In this document: positions 13,600 through 23,300 of the stretch, in pieces
Layout: each line of letters opens with the position of its first letter
Position numbering within the stretch: position 1 is the first letter of the stretch
Assembly (NCBI GenBank): GCA_963695555.1
Contig: CAVOGR010000004.1
Coordinates: 85,952 to 149,951 of the forward strand
Length of the DNA stretch: 64,000 nt
Source: an uncultured Gemmatimonadales bacterium
Lineage (GTDB): Bacteria > Gemmatimonadota > Gemmatimonadetes > Gemmatimonadales > GWC2-71-9
Direction: 5' to 3'
Position numbers and translations under genes: made by a program
Notes under the pieces: generated by a model
Database searches by the model: none
What the model saw: the letters and a program-made list of their open reading frames with translations, nothing else
What the model was told of the DNA's origin: nothing

Positions 13600-14724
13600 A
13601 TGCGAAGAATCTGTTCCCGGCTAGTCCGTTTGGCCCCCTGTCTGGCTCTCGCCGCCCTCCCGGCCACGGCTCTAGCCCAGGCTGTTCCCGAAACGCACAC
13701 CGTGCGGGAAGGTGACACCCTTTGGGACCTCGCGGGGCGTTACTTTGGCGATCCTCTTCTCTGGCCCGAGATATACCGGCAGAATACGATGGTGGTTGAG
13801 GACCCCCACTGGATCTATCCTGGCGAGGTCCTTCGGCTGAGCGGGACGGCGGCTGTGTCGGCCATTCCGGACGTCGGGCCGTCGGGGCAGGTGGTCGACG
13901 CCGTGGACATGGCCGATGTACAGGCCCGGGGCGATGCGGAGCGGGGGGCCTTGGAGTCCGGCTTGTTCCAGCGCCGCTCCAGACTCAATCCCGATCAGGC
14001 CAGTCTCGCCGCGTACCAGACTCGTCCGCCGAAGTCGTTGAGCGCCAGTGAATTCTACTCGTCGGGTTTTCTCACCGAAGGTCGATCCCTCCCGTTTGGG
14101 AAGCTGATCGGCCCGGTCACCCCGAAGGAGATTGGGGCGACCCGGATGCCGGAGTCGGCGCAAATCTTCAGTAAAATTCTGGTCGATCCGCCCTCCGGCG
14201 GCGCCTACCAGATCGGTGATTCCCTGCTGATCGTGTCATTGGCCCGCGATGTTGGTGGCTACGGTCGCGTTGCTGTTCCGACGGGAATGGCGCGCGTCAC
14301 CACGATCGATGGCGAGCGGAACATCGCCGAGGTCGTGGGGGTGTACGGTGATATCCGCGCGGGCCAGCGGATACTCCTGGTCGAGCCGTTTCCAGACCCC
14401 GGCGTAGTTCGCCCGGTCGCGGTCGAGGACGGGATTCGTGCCCGGTTCCTGGCCAGCCGCGATAACCAGATCATGAAGGGGCCGCTCGACGTCATCTTCT
14501 TGGATCAGGGGCGTCAAGACGGGGTGGCCTTGGGAGACATCTATGAGCTGCACGCGACCCCCGCCAATCGGGGCGGGGTGGAGTCGAACGTGGATGAAGA
14601 GCTAGCCACGGTTCGGGTCGTTCATGTGGGGGACCGCAGCGCCACCGCGCGCGTGGTGAGCGTGAAAGCTCCCGACATCGCGGAGGGGACGCCGGCGCGG
14701 CAGATCGCCAAGCTTCCGTCCTAG
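13600..14724 (+). CDS. Exported LysM peptidoglycan-binding protein, TsaP-like
   Basis: Signal peptide ALA|Q; LysM HTVREGDTLWDLA...WPEIY...DPHWIYPG; C-terminal FLDQGRQDGVALGD...SATARV region resembles TsaP/FlgT-C. Confidence 0.75.
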   Translation: MRRICSRLVRLAPCLALAALPATALAQAVPETHTVREGDTLWDLAGRYFGDPLLWPEIYRQNTMVVEDPHWIYPGEVLRLSGTAAVSAIPDVGPSGQVVDAVDMADVQARGDAERGALESGLFQRRSRLNPDQASLAAYQTRPPKSLSASEFYSSGFLTEGRSLPFGKLIGPVTPKEIGATRMPESAQIFSKILVDPPSGGAYQIGDSLLIVSLARDVGGYGRVAVPTGMARVTTIDGERNIAEVVGVYGDIRAGQRILLVEPFPDPGVVRPVAVEDGIRARFLASRDNQIMKGPLDVIFLDQGRQDGVALGDIYELHATPANRGGVESNVDEELATVRVVHVGDRSATARVVSVKAPDIAEGTPARQIAKLPS

Positions 14725-14744
14725 ACCGCTCTTCTCCCACCTCT

Positions 14745-14789
14745 CGGGGCGGCTGCCCGCTGTACTAGGCCGGGCAGCCGCCCCGTTTC
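14745..14789 (+). terminator. Intrinsic terminator-like hairpin after the LysM gene
   Basis: Perfect 15-bp stem CGGGGCGGCTGCCCG (14745-14759) / CGGGCAGCCGCCCCG (14771-14785), then TTTC. Confidence 0.7.
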
Positions 14790-14891
14790 ACATCCGTGAC
14801 CGGGGGTCGGTGGTTCGAGAACCCCGGCGTGTCCATTACATTTCCAGCGTTTTTGTGCAACGTGACGGTCGTCCTGACGGGGGGAGTTCTG

Positions 14892-15842
14892 ATGAGCGGA
14901 AGGGTGCTGGTAACCGGCGGAGCGGGGTTCATTGGGTCCCATCTGGCCGAAGCGTACCTGGCCGCCGGCTGGGATGTGGTGGTGCTCGACAACCTGTCCT
15001 CAGGCAAGGAAGCGAACATTCCGCAAGGAGCGACCTTCGTGCGGGCGGATACTCGATCGCCTGAGGCCAAGGAGGTGGTGGCGAGCGGTGGCTTCGACGT
15101 GCTCAACCTCCATGCGGCCCAGATCGATGTGCGGGTATCCGTCGAGCAGCCAGGGCTGGACGCGAGCATCAACCTCGTTGGGCTGGTGAACTTGCTGGAA
15201 GGCGCCCGGGCCGGCCGAGTCCGCCGGGTGGTGTTCGCCAGCAGCGGCGGAGTGGTATACGGCGATCCGACCGTCATTCCGACGCCGGAGACGGCTCCCA
15301 AGGAACCGGTCTCCCCCTACGGGGTGAGCAAGCTGGCCGGCGAGCATTACCTCCATGCGCTTGGCCTGCTCTACGGCTTCGAGCATGCGGCGCTCCGGTA
15401 CAGCAACGTGTACGGGCCCAGGCAGGACCCGAAGTCGGAGGCAGGCGTGATTTCCATATTCGTTTCGCGCGTGCTCGCCGGTCAGCCACTGACGGTCTTC
15501 GGCGACGGCCGACAAACCCGCGATTATGTTTTCGTGAAGGATGTGGCCCGGGCCAATGTGATGGCGAGCACCAGCACCCTCGCGCCAGGCAGCGGGATCG
15601 ACGCGACCGCATTCAATATTGGAACTTCGGTTCAGCGAAGCGTTCTCGACCTGGCCAAGGCTGTTGGCGGCGCGCTGAAGGTCGAGCCCGAGCTGACGTT
15701 CGCTCCGGCGCGCGCCGGAGAACTCCTCCGGAGCGCGCTGGATATTGCCAAGGCCAAGGGCCAGCTCGGGTGGACGCCCGCGTCCCGGTTCGAGGATGGC
15801 TTGGCGCAGCTCATCACGTGGTTTCGAGAGGAGGCCGAGTGA
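14892..15842 (+). CDS. NAD-dependent epimerase/dehydratase (UDP-glucose 4-epimerase-like)
   Basis: TGGAGFIG, YGVSK, YSNVYGPRQ, TRDYVFV. Confidence 0.92.
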   Translation: MSGRVLVTGGAGFIGSHLAEAYLAAGWDVVVLDNLSSGKEANIPQGATFVRADTRSPEAKEVVASGGFDVLNLHAAQIDVRVSVEQPGLDASINLVGLVNLLEGARAGRVRRVVFASSGGVVYGDPTVIPTPETAPKEPVSPYGVSKLAGEHYLHALGLLYGFEHAALRYSNVYGPRQDPKSEAGVISIFVSRVLAGQPLTVFGDGRQTRDYVFVKDVARANVMASTSTLAPGSGIDATAFNIGTSVQRSVLDLAKAVGGALKVEPELTFAPARAGELLRSALDIAKAKGQLGWTPASRFEDGLAQLITWFREEAE

Positions 15843-16546
15843 CCGTGCAGGCCGCTGGTGCGGTTCCGACATCCAGCCTGGACTTGATTCGTGTCTCGAG
15901 CGCGGAGACGCAGATCGTCCTGGCTGTGATCGCGCTCTTCTCGCTCATCACCTGGTTCCTGATCGGTCTCAAGTGGTGGCAGCTGCGCAAGGTACGGCGC
16001 CATGCGGATCGGTTCTTCGGGGAACTCGAGCGGACGACGAAGTTGAAGGACGCGTATCACGCGGTCATGAAACTCCCTCCATCGCCGTACAACCGGACAT
16101 TCCGAGAGGGTGTGCATTTCCTGCAGGAGCTGCATCCGGGAGCGCTGCGGGACGAAGGCCCCAAAATCACGATGTCCCCGGCCCACGTGGAAGCCATGAA
16201 GATGGTGCTCAGCAAGGAAATATCGGCCGAGCGCGACCTCCTGGCTCGATTCGTTCCCTGGCTCGCGACCATCGGGTCGGTAAGCCCGCTCCTGGGGCTC
16301 TTGGGCACGGTGCTGGGTGTGATGGACGCCTTCATCGGGATCGCCATCAACGGCTCGGGCAACATCTCGGCGGTCGCCCCCGGGGTCGCTGAGGCCCTGG
16401 TCACCACGGTCGCCGGCTTGGCAACCGCCATTCCCGCCATCATCGCGTACAACCTCTTCGTCAATCGGATTCGACTGGTCGTGAGCGAACTCGAGGGCTT
16501 CGGTAACGAGGTCATCGGCACGATGGCGCGCGAGGGCCTGTTCTGA
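15839..16546 (+). CDS. tolQ: MotA/TolQ/ExbB proton channel protein
   Basis: LATIGSVSPLLGLLGTV, VAPGVAEALVTTVAGL..AIPA; first gene of the tol-pal run. Confidence 0.9.
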   Translation: MTVQAAGAVPTSSLDLIRVSSAETQIVLAVIALFSLITWFLIGLKWWQLRKVRRHADRFFGELERTTKLKDAYHAVMKLPPSPYNRTFREGVHFLQELHPGALRDEGPKITMSPAHVEAMKMVLSKEISAERDLLARFVPWLATIGSVSPLLGLLGTVLGVMDAFIGIAINGSGNISAVAPGVAEALVTTVAGLATAIPAIIAYNLFVNRIRLVVSELEGFGNEVIGTMAREGLF

Positions 16547-16968
16547 TGCTGAAAGTATCGAGCGGCGGGGACGCGCGCGGCGAGCTCCCCTTCAATGCCG
16601 ACATAAACGTGACCTCGTTGGTCGATGTCGCCTTCGTGCTCCTCATTATCTTCATGATCACGGCGCCCATCATGCAGGGCGGAGTCGATGTCCAGTTGCC
16701 CCAGGCGGAGGCGAGGCCACTCACACCCAATCAGGGCATGGTGGTATCGGTCGATCGCCAGGGGCGCATCTTCATCGACGAGACCGAAGTGACCTACGAT
16801 GAATTCCGGGTGGCCTTCCGCGGGCTGGTGGAGCGCCGCCAGCCGTCGGGCATCTACGTCCGCGCCGATCGCCGGGTCCCCTACGGTGACGTCGTCCGGG
16901 TCTTGGCGGTGGTTCGGAATTCCGGCATCAAGGACGTCGGCCTCGTGGCCGAGGAGGAATTCCGATAG
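16546..16968 (+). CDS. tolR: TolR/ExbD protein
   Basis: DINVTSLVDVAFVLLIIFMITAP, RADRRVPYG. Confidence 0.9.
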   Translation: MLKVSSGGDARGELPFNADINVTSLVDVAFVLLIIFMITAPIMQGGVDVQLPQAEARPLTPNQGMVVSVDRQGRIFIDETEVTYDEFRVAFRGLVERRQPSGIYVRADRRVPYGDVVRVLAVVRNSGIKDVGLVAEEEFR

Positions 16969-17666
16969 TGCGTGTGGGGCTCTCGCCGATGGCACATCGG
17001 CAGCCAGGCATCGCCGTGGGGGCAGCGGGAACTGTGCTCATTCACCTCGGTTTCATGCTGTGGCTCTTGCTGGCCGTGACGCCGCAGGTGGAGCTGCCCC
17101 CGGTGTATGCCGTGGAGTTGGTGGCGGCTCCCAGACCCGTGCGCCAGGTACGGCCGGCGCCCGAGGCCGTCCAGCGCCCCGCCGACCAGCCGGCTCCCGT
17201 CGCGCCGACGCCGGAGCCCGCGCCGCCAAAGCCCGAGCCGACCCCGGCGGCCCCTGTCGCGACGCCCAAGGACCGGGAGCCACCGCCGCGGACCGCCGCC
17301 CCGGTGGAGCCGGTCCCGGGTGAGGCCCCGAACACCGGCGTCGACGTCGCCACGGTCAAGACCCCCGGGCTCGCGTTTCCGTATCCCGAGTATTTGCGGA
17401 ACATCGTGACCCAGGTGTATCGACGGTGGGACCGGCCGCGGAGCAAATCGGGGCTCCAAGCGGAAATCTTCTTCCTCATCTCTAGGGACGGAAGCGTGCG
17501 TGAAATGCGGTTTATCAACCAGTCCGGCAATTTCTCGTTTGACCTGGGTGCGCAGGGCGCGATCGAAGCCGCCGGCAACGCAAACGCCTTCGGCCCCCTG
17601 CCGGACGGCTTCGAGAACGACGTGTTGCCGGTTAGTTTCTTCTTCACGCCGAGGCCTGCACAATGA
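16968..17666 (+). CDS. TolA/TonB-like energy transducer (alternative start ATG 16989)
   Basis: TM helix with His (VLIHLG), Pro-rich linker, C-terminal domain SGNFSFD; lies between tolR and tolB. Confidence 0.85.
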   Translation: MRVGLSPMAHRQPGIAVGAAGTVLIHLGFMLWLLLAVTPQVELPPVYAVELVAAPRPVRQVRPAPEAVQRPADQPAPVAPTPEPAPPKPEPTPAAPVATPKDREPPPRTAAPVEPVPGEAPNTGVDVATVKTPGLAFPYPEYLRNIVTQVYRRWDRPRSKSGLQAEIFFLISRDGSVREMRFINQSGNFSFDLGAQGAIEAAGNANAFGPLPDGFENDVLPVSFFFTPRPAQ

Positions 17667-18943
17667 GGTGGCTTGGCGCGGTCGCGGCGGCCGTGCTGGT
17701 GGCGGGCACTGCGTCAGCGCAGGACTCCATTCCACCGGCGGACCAGGGCGTGCGGGTCGGTATTACCTACACTCCCGGGGTGCGCCCGCGACTCCTGGTG
17801 ATGCCGGGCACGGGCTTCGATTCGGTCCGTGCCATTCTGAAGCGCGATTTGGATTACAGCGATCGCTTCGAGATGCTCGTGCTCGAGGACAACGGCTCGG
17901 GCTCGGGGGCCGTCAACTACGGGCTCTATGCCGCGCTCGGGGCCCAATACGGCGTGGAGGTCTCGGCGGCGGGTGCGGCGATCAAGCTCCGGCTCCATGA
18001 CTTTACCCGGGCCGAGGTCATCAACGAGCAGGCCTTCGTGTTCTCGGCTTTCGATTCGCCGGCGTTCCGAATGGAGGCGCACCGTGCCGCGGACGAAGTG
18101 GTCCGGTGGGTAACCGGAACACCGGGGATCGCGGCCACGCGCCTCCTGTATGTGGGATCCGGCCGCGTGTACCGGGTTGACAGCGACGGCGCGAACATCC
18201 AGGCGTTGACGCCCGGCGAGGATCAGGCACTCTCGCCGGTCTGGGCACCAGACGGCGCCTCCTTCGCCTACACCCGGTTTGACGAGGGTCGGGGGGCAAT
18301 CCTGATCCGGAACCTCAACGGCGGCGCCCCGATCACGGTGCCATCGACCTCGACAAACCTCAATTATGCCGCGGCGTTCGCGCCGGATGGAAGAAACCTG
18401 GCATTCACCCGATCCGACGAGAGCGGTACGGACATTTTCGTGGCGAACGTCGCGGACCGGTGCTGCGTCCGGCGCTTGACCGTGGGTCGCTACGCAGATA
18501 ATCTATCACCGACATATTCGCCCGACGGCAACCGGATCGCCTTCGTCTCAACGCGCGCCGGCCCGCCGCAGATCTACGTGATGGCGGCCGAAGGGACCGA
18601 CCAGGAGCTCCTCGCCCCCTTCGACTTTGGGGTGACCGGCTCCTCCAACGGCCCCGAGTGGTCTCCCGACGGGGCGAGCGTGGCCTTTCATCGGGAAGTC
18701 GACCGGAGTTCCCAGATCTTCGTGCTCGATGTGGCCACCCGGCGTGCGCGGCAGCTCACTTCCGCCGGGCGCAATACCGACCCCACCTGGGCACCGGATG
18801 GTCGCCACCTTACATTTGTATCGGATCGGAGTGGTCAACGGCAGCTGTGGGTGATTGATACCGAAACGGGACGGGTACGGCAGCTTCATACCCCGACGTT
18901 CGCTCGCCTGCCGGCCTGGTCTCGTTGGCTGGTGCAACCGTAG
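17663..18943 (+). CDS. tolB: Tol-Pal beta-propeller protein TolB
   Basis: Signal peptide ASA|Q; DLDYSDRF; PD40 repeats (SPVWAPDG, SPTYSPDG, PEWSPDG, PTWAPDG). Confidence 0.93.
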   Translation: MRWLGAVAAAVLVAGTASAQDSIPPADQGVRVGITYTPGVRPRLLVMPGTGFDSVRAILKRDLDYSDRFEMLVLEDNGSGSGAVNYGLYAALGAQYGVEVSAAGAAIKLRLHDFTRAEVINEQAFVFSAFDSPAFRMEAHRAADEVVRWVTGTPGIAATRLLYVGSGRVYRVDSDGANIQALTPGEDQALSPVWAPDGASFAYTRFDEGRGAILIRNLNGGAPITVPSTSTNLNYAAAFAPDGRNLAFTRSDESGTDIFVANVADRCCVRRLTVGRYADNLSPTYSPDGNRIAFVSTRAGPPQIYVMAAEGTDQELLAPFDFGVTGSSNGPEWSPDGASVAFHREVDRSSQIFVLDVATRRARQLTSAGRNTDPTWAPDGRHLTFVSDRSGQRQLWVIDTETGRVRQLHTPTFARLPAWSRWLVQP

Positions 18944-18980
18944 ATGTAGTCCCTCATCCATCAAAGTTATGGAGCCCTTC

Positions 18981-19574
18981 ATGAATCGCTCATCGATACT
19001 CCTTGCCACTCTCGTGGTGGCCCTTACAGCATGCGGTGGCACGCCTGAGCCGGAACCGCCGGCCCCCGTGGTGGACAGCATGGCCATCCGAGAGCAAGCG
19101 CGGCGCGATTCGATTGAGGCCGCCCGGCTCGCCCGTGAAGCGGCGGAGCGGGCCCGGCTCGAGGCCGAGCGGCGAGCTCGGGAAGAGGCGGAACGCGCGC
19201 GTGCGGCTCTCATGGCCGACCTGAACGCCATGATCAACTTCGACTTCGATCGATCGGACATCCGGTCGGTGGACATGGCCAAGCTGGACCGGAAGGCCGC
19301 GATCCTCGCCGCCAACCCCGGAGTGCGGCTCCGCATTGCCGGCCATTGCGACGAGCGCGGTTCGGACGAGTACAATCTCGCGCTGGGCAACCGGCGGGCC
19401 TCGTCAGCCAAGCGGTACCTGGTAAACAAGGGGGTCGACGCCTCGCGCATCGAGATCGTGTCCTTTGGCGAGGAGCGCCCGCTCGACGCCGGGCACACGG
19501 AAAGCGCGTGGGAGCGGAACCGGCGGTCTGAGTTCGAGCTCACGGCCGGTGGCGCGACGCTGGTAGCGCCGTAG
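18981..19574 (+). CDS. pal: Peptidoglycan-associated lipoprotein
   Basis: Lipobox LTAC; INFDFD, GHCDERGSDEYNLALGNRRA, VSFGEERP, NRRSE. Confidence 0.95.
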   Translation: MNRSSILLATLVVALTACGGTPEPEPPAPVVDSMAIREQARRDSIEAARLAREAAERARLEAERRAREEAERARAALMADLNAMINFDFDRSDIRSVDMAKLDRKAAILAANPGVRLRIAGHCDERGSDEYNLALGNRRASSAKRYLVNKGVDASRIEIVSFGEERPLDAGHTESAWERNRRSEFELTAGGATLVAP

Positions 19575-20350
19575 TGCGTGTTCGCATCGGTGTTCTCGGA
19601 ATCCTCGCGGCCACGGCCGCTCTGGGCGGCTGTGCGCTCAAGAGCGACGTGCGCCGCGTGGAAACCGAGGTCGCACTGCTCAAGGCGGAATCCGCCCAAC
19701 GGGATTCCGCCGCCGCGACGCGATTGGTGGAGCTGATGACCCGGCAGCAGCAGATGCTCGACTCGTTGGTGGCCCACCAGCGGGCGTTGACCAGTGCCCG
19801 GGGCGAGCTGTCCGGCGAGCATTACATCATTCAACAGCTGCTGGTGCAAGTTCAGGAGTTGACCGGTCAAAGCCAACAGCGGCTGAGCGAGCTGCGGGCC
19901 CAACTGGAAAGCGAACGGGCCGCGCCCGCAGTACCGGCGGAGGGTGCGGCCGGGGTGGACGTGCCCGCGCCCACCGGTCCGTCGGCCGAGCAGATGTATC
20001 AGGTCTCGGTGGCGCAACTGAGGCGGGGCAGTCTGGGAACGGCGCGCCTCGGCTTTCGGCAGTTGATTCAGACCTATCCCCAGGACGAACGGGTTCCCGA
20101 CGCGCTCTATTTCATTGGCGAGAGCTACTCCGCGCAACCGGATTCTGCCGCGCAGTACTACACTACGGTTGTACGGGACCACCCACGCTCGCCGCGGGCG
20201 TCATCGGCCCTCTACAAGCTCGGATTGCTCGCCGAGCAGCGGCAGGACCCCGCGGAGGCGGGGGCGTTGTATCGTCGGGTGGTTGATCAGTATCCCACAT
20301 CCGATGCCGCCTCCCTCGCCCGAGATCGACTCCGCGCACTAGGTCAGTAG
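19574..20350 (+). CDS. cpoB: Tol-Pal TPR protein CpoB/YbgF
   Basis: Lipobox LGGC, coiled coil, TPRs (PDALYFIGESY, SALYKLG); directly after pal. Confidence 0.88.
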   Translation: MRVRIGVLGILAATAALGGCALKSDVRRVETEVALLKAESAQRDSAAATRLVELMTRQQQMLDSLVAHQRALTSARGELSGEHYIIQQLLVQVQELTGQSQQRLSELRAQLESERAAPAVPAEGAAGVDVPAPTGPSAEQMYQVSVAQLRRGSLGTARLGFRQLIQTYPQDERVPDALYFIGESYSAQPDSAAQYYTTVVRDHPRSPRASSALYKLGLLAEQRQDPAEAGALYRRVVDQYPTSDAASLARDRLRALGQ

Positions 20351-20377
20351 CCGGTCCACTCCCCACCCTCGTCCGCG

Positions 20378-23300
20378 ATGACCAGCCCCGCAGGCGAGAT
20401 GCCCTTCCTCGACCACCTCGAGGAGCTCCGCGTCCGCATTTTCAAAGTGCTGGCGGCGGTGGTCGTTGGTGTGGTTGTGGGGTTTTGGGTGGTGCAGCGG
20501 TTCAAGGTCATCGCTATTCTGAAGCAGCCAATCGAGCCCTATCTCCCCTCGGGAAAGCTGACCGTGCTGAGCCCTACCGAGCCGATACTCATCGTGCTCA
20601 AGCTGGCGCTCGTGGTCGGTCTCGTGCTTGCCTCGCCCGTCATCATCTACCAAGTATGGGCGTTTCTCTCTCCCGCACTCTACGCTCGCGAGAAGCGGGC
20701 CCTCATTCCGGGGCTGGTGGTGGGGTTGTTCCTGTTCCTCGTCGGGGCCGCGGGCGGGTTCTTGGTGATCGTGCCGGCGGCGTTACGCATTTTGCTGAGT
20801 ATCGAGCCGGACACGTTGCAGACGATGATCACGTTCGGGTTTTACTTCAGCTTCGTCACTCAGCTGTCACTGGCCATGGGGGCGTCGTTCGAGCTTCCGC
20901 TGCTCCTCATGCTCCTCACCTGGCTTGGCGTGGTGACGCCGGCCAAACTGCGCCGCTTCCGCCGCTTTGCGCTCGTGCTCGCCGCGCTGTTGGGTGCGCT
21001 GCTCACGCCGGCAGACGTCACCTCAATGGTGATCCTCACCAGTATCCTCGTGGTGCTCTACGAGGTGGGGGTGCTCGGCTCGGTGCTCGTGGCGAAACGT
21101 CGGGCGCGCACGACTGGGGGACCAGGTGCCTTGTTGGTGGTTGGCTTGTTGCTGACCGCGGGCTCGTTGTCCGCGCAAGTGCCGACCAAACCGCCGCTGG
21201 TGCGCCCGCCCAAGACTGCGCGGACGCCCACCGATACCGTGACCGGGGCGCCCTTGCCACAGCCTGGCCAAGCCCTCGATACCGCTAGCGCCCGGCGGGT
21301 GGGGCTCCCGACCGGCCCTACCCGGCAATTCGCCCAGCCGGATTCGATGGTGCAGGCCTTGCTCGCGCGCCCCGGATTCAGGGTGACACGCTATAGCGCC
21401 GACACGGCCACCCTCTTCGCAGCTGAGCGGCGCATGCTGCTCGATGGACGAGCCCTGACCGAGCGTGAGGGCACGACCCTCGAGGCGGATCACATCCGGT
21501 ATCGGGACGCCGAGTGCCTACTCGATGCGTCCGGCGATCCTCGGCTGTTCGACGCGGGAAGCGTGTTGGTGGGGGAAGGGATCGGGTACAACACCTGTAC
21601 GCGGCGCGGCTTCGTCACGAATGCGTTGACGAGTTTTCCTGAGGGATCCACCGTGTGGTTCCTGCGGGGGAACATCGCCCAGGACTCCAGTTCGAGCCGG
21701 ATCTACGCCGCGTCGAGCGAGATCACGAGCTGTGATCTTCCGGAGCCACACTACCACTTTGCCGCGCGGGAAGTGAAGTGGATCTCGAAGAATGTTCTGG
21801 TGGCCCGTCCCGCCGTGCTTTACATCAGCGACGTCCCGGTCCTGTGGCTCCCATTCGTGTTCCAGGACACCCGGCCGGGGCGACGATCCGGCATTCTCGT
21901 TCCGCAATTCGGTCTCAACGATCTGGTCCGGACCTCCGGCGGCTACAGCCGCCAGGTGACCAACGTCGGATACTACTGGGCACCGAACGACTACATCGAC
22001 ATCACCGGGCGGCTCGACTGGTACTCCGATCGGTATCTCCAGCTGGGCCTTGCCGGCCGATATCGGTGGCTGAACCGGTTTGCCAACGGGGAGATCGCGT
22101 ACAGTAATCAGCGGGAGAGCGGCGGCGCGTCGTCGACCAGCATCCGCTGGCTCCACCAGCAATCGTTCGACCTGACCACGTCGGTGAACTTGAGCTTCAA
22201 CTACGTCAGCAACACCACCATTACGAGCAGGAACGCCATCGACCCGCTGCTCAACACCCAGCAGATCACCAGTGCGCTCAATCTGTCCAAGCGCTATCGG
22301 TGGGGGACCGTGACGCTCGGCGGCAATCGGCGGCAGAGCCTGTCCGACAACAGCACCACCACCCAGTTTCCCGCCATTACGATCTCTCCGAAGCCGTTGG
22401 ACATCGCGTCTGATATCACGTGGTCGCCGTCGTTGTCGTTCGTCCAGAATCGGGCTTCCAATACGCCAGGCGGGACCGTGTTGATTGCCCGAGCGGGCGG
22501 CGGGCTGGATTCTCTGACCCTCACCGGATCGAGTCGCACGACGTCCGTCTCGGTCGCCACACCGTTTCGGATCGGCTCATTCAATTGGCAAAACACCCTA
22601 AGCCTGAATGACCGAAAGAACGAGGGACGCATCGTCGAGACCTTCCGAGTGCCCGATCCGGGCTCGTCCAACCCGGCGGACTCACTCACAGTTAGCCGGG
22701 TGACCACGGGAGACTTCGAGACCGGAATCGATTGGACGACCGGCATCAATCTGCCCGTCCTCTTGCGGCGGACCTGGAAGTTGCAACCGGTGCTCGGGAT
22801 CGCGAACACCACCGGCGGTCCCTTCCTGTTGCGGAATCGCCGGACCGGGGGGGACTTCGTAAGTCAGGGTAAGCGCTTCGCGCTGGTGCTCAACGTGACG
22901 CCAACGTTGTTCGGTTTCCTCCCGGGGTTCGGACCGCTCTCCCGCATCCGGCACAGTATCTCTCCCATCATCTCCTACTCGTACAGCCCAAAGGCCACCA
23001 TTCCCGAGGACTACGCCCGCGCCATCACCCCGGAGGGACAAGCGCCGCGGCGGACGAGCGACGCGGCTCAGCGCCTGAGCATCGGATTGTCCCAAAATTT
23101 CGAAGGCAAGACCCGCCCGGCCCCGGGAGACACCAGCGACACGCCCGCGACTCGGAAACTCCGTCTGCTGAGCATCGCGACGAGCCCCATCGTCTACGAC
23201 TTCGAGCAGGCCAAGAAGCCTGGCCGGACGGGGTGGGTAACATCGACCCTCACCAATACGTTCCAAACCGATCTCCTGCCCAGCTTCAGTCTGAGCATGA

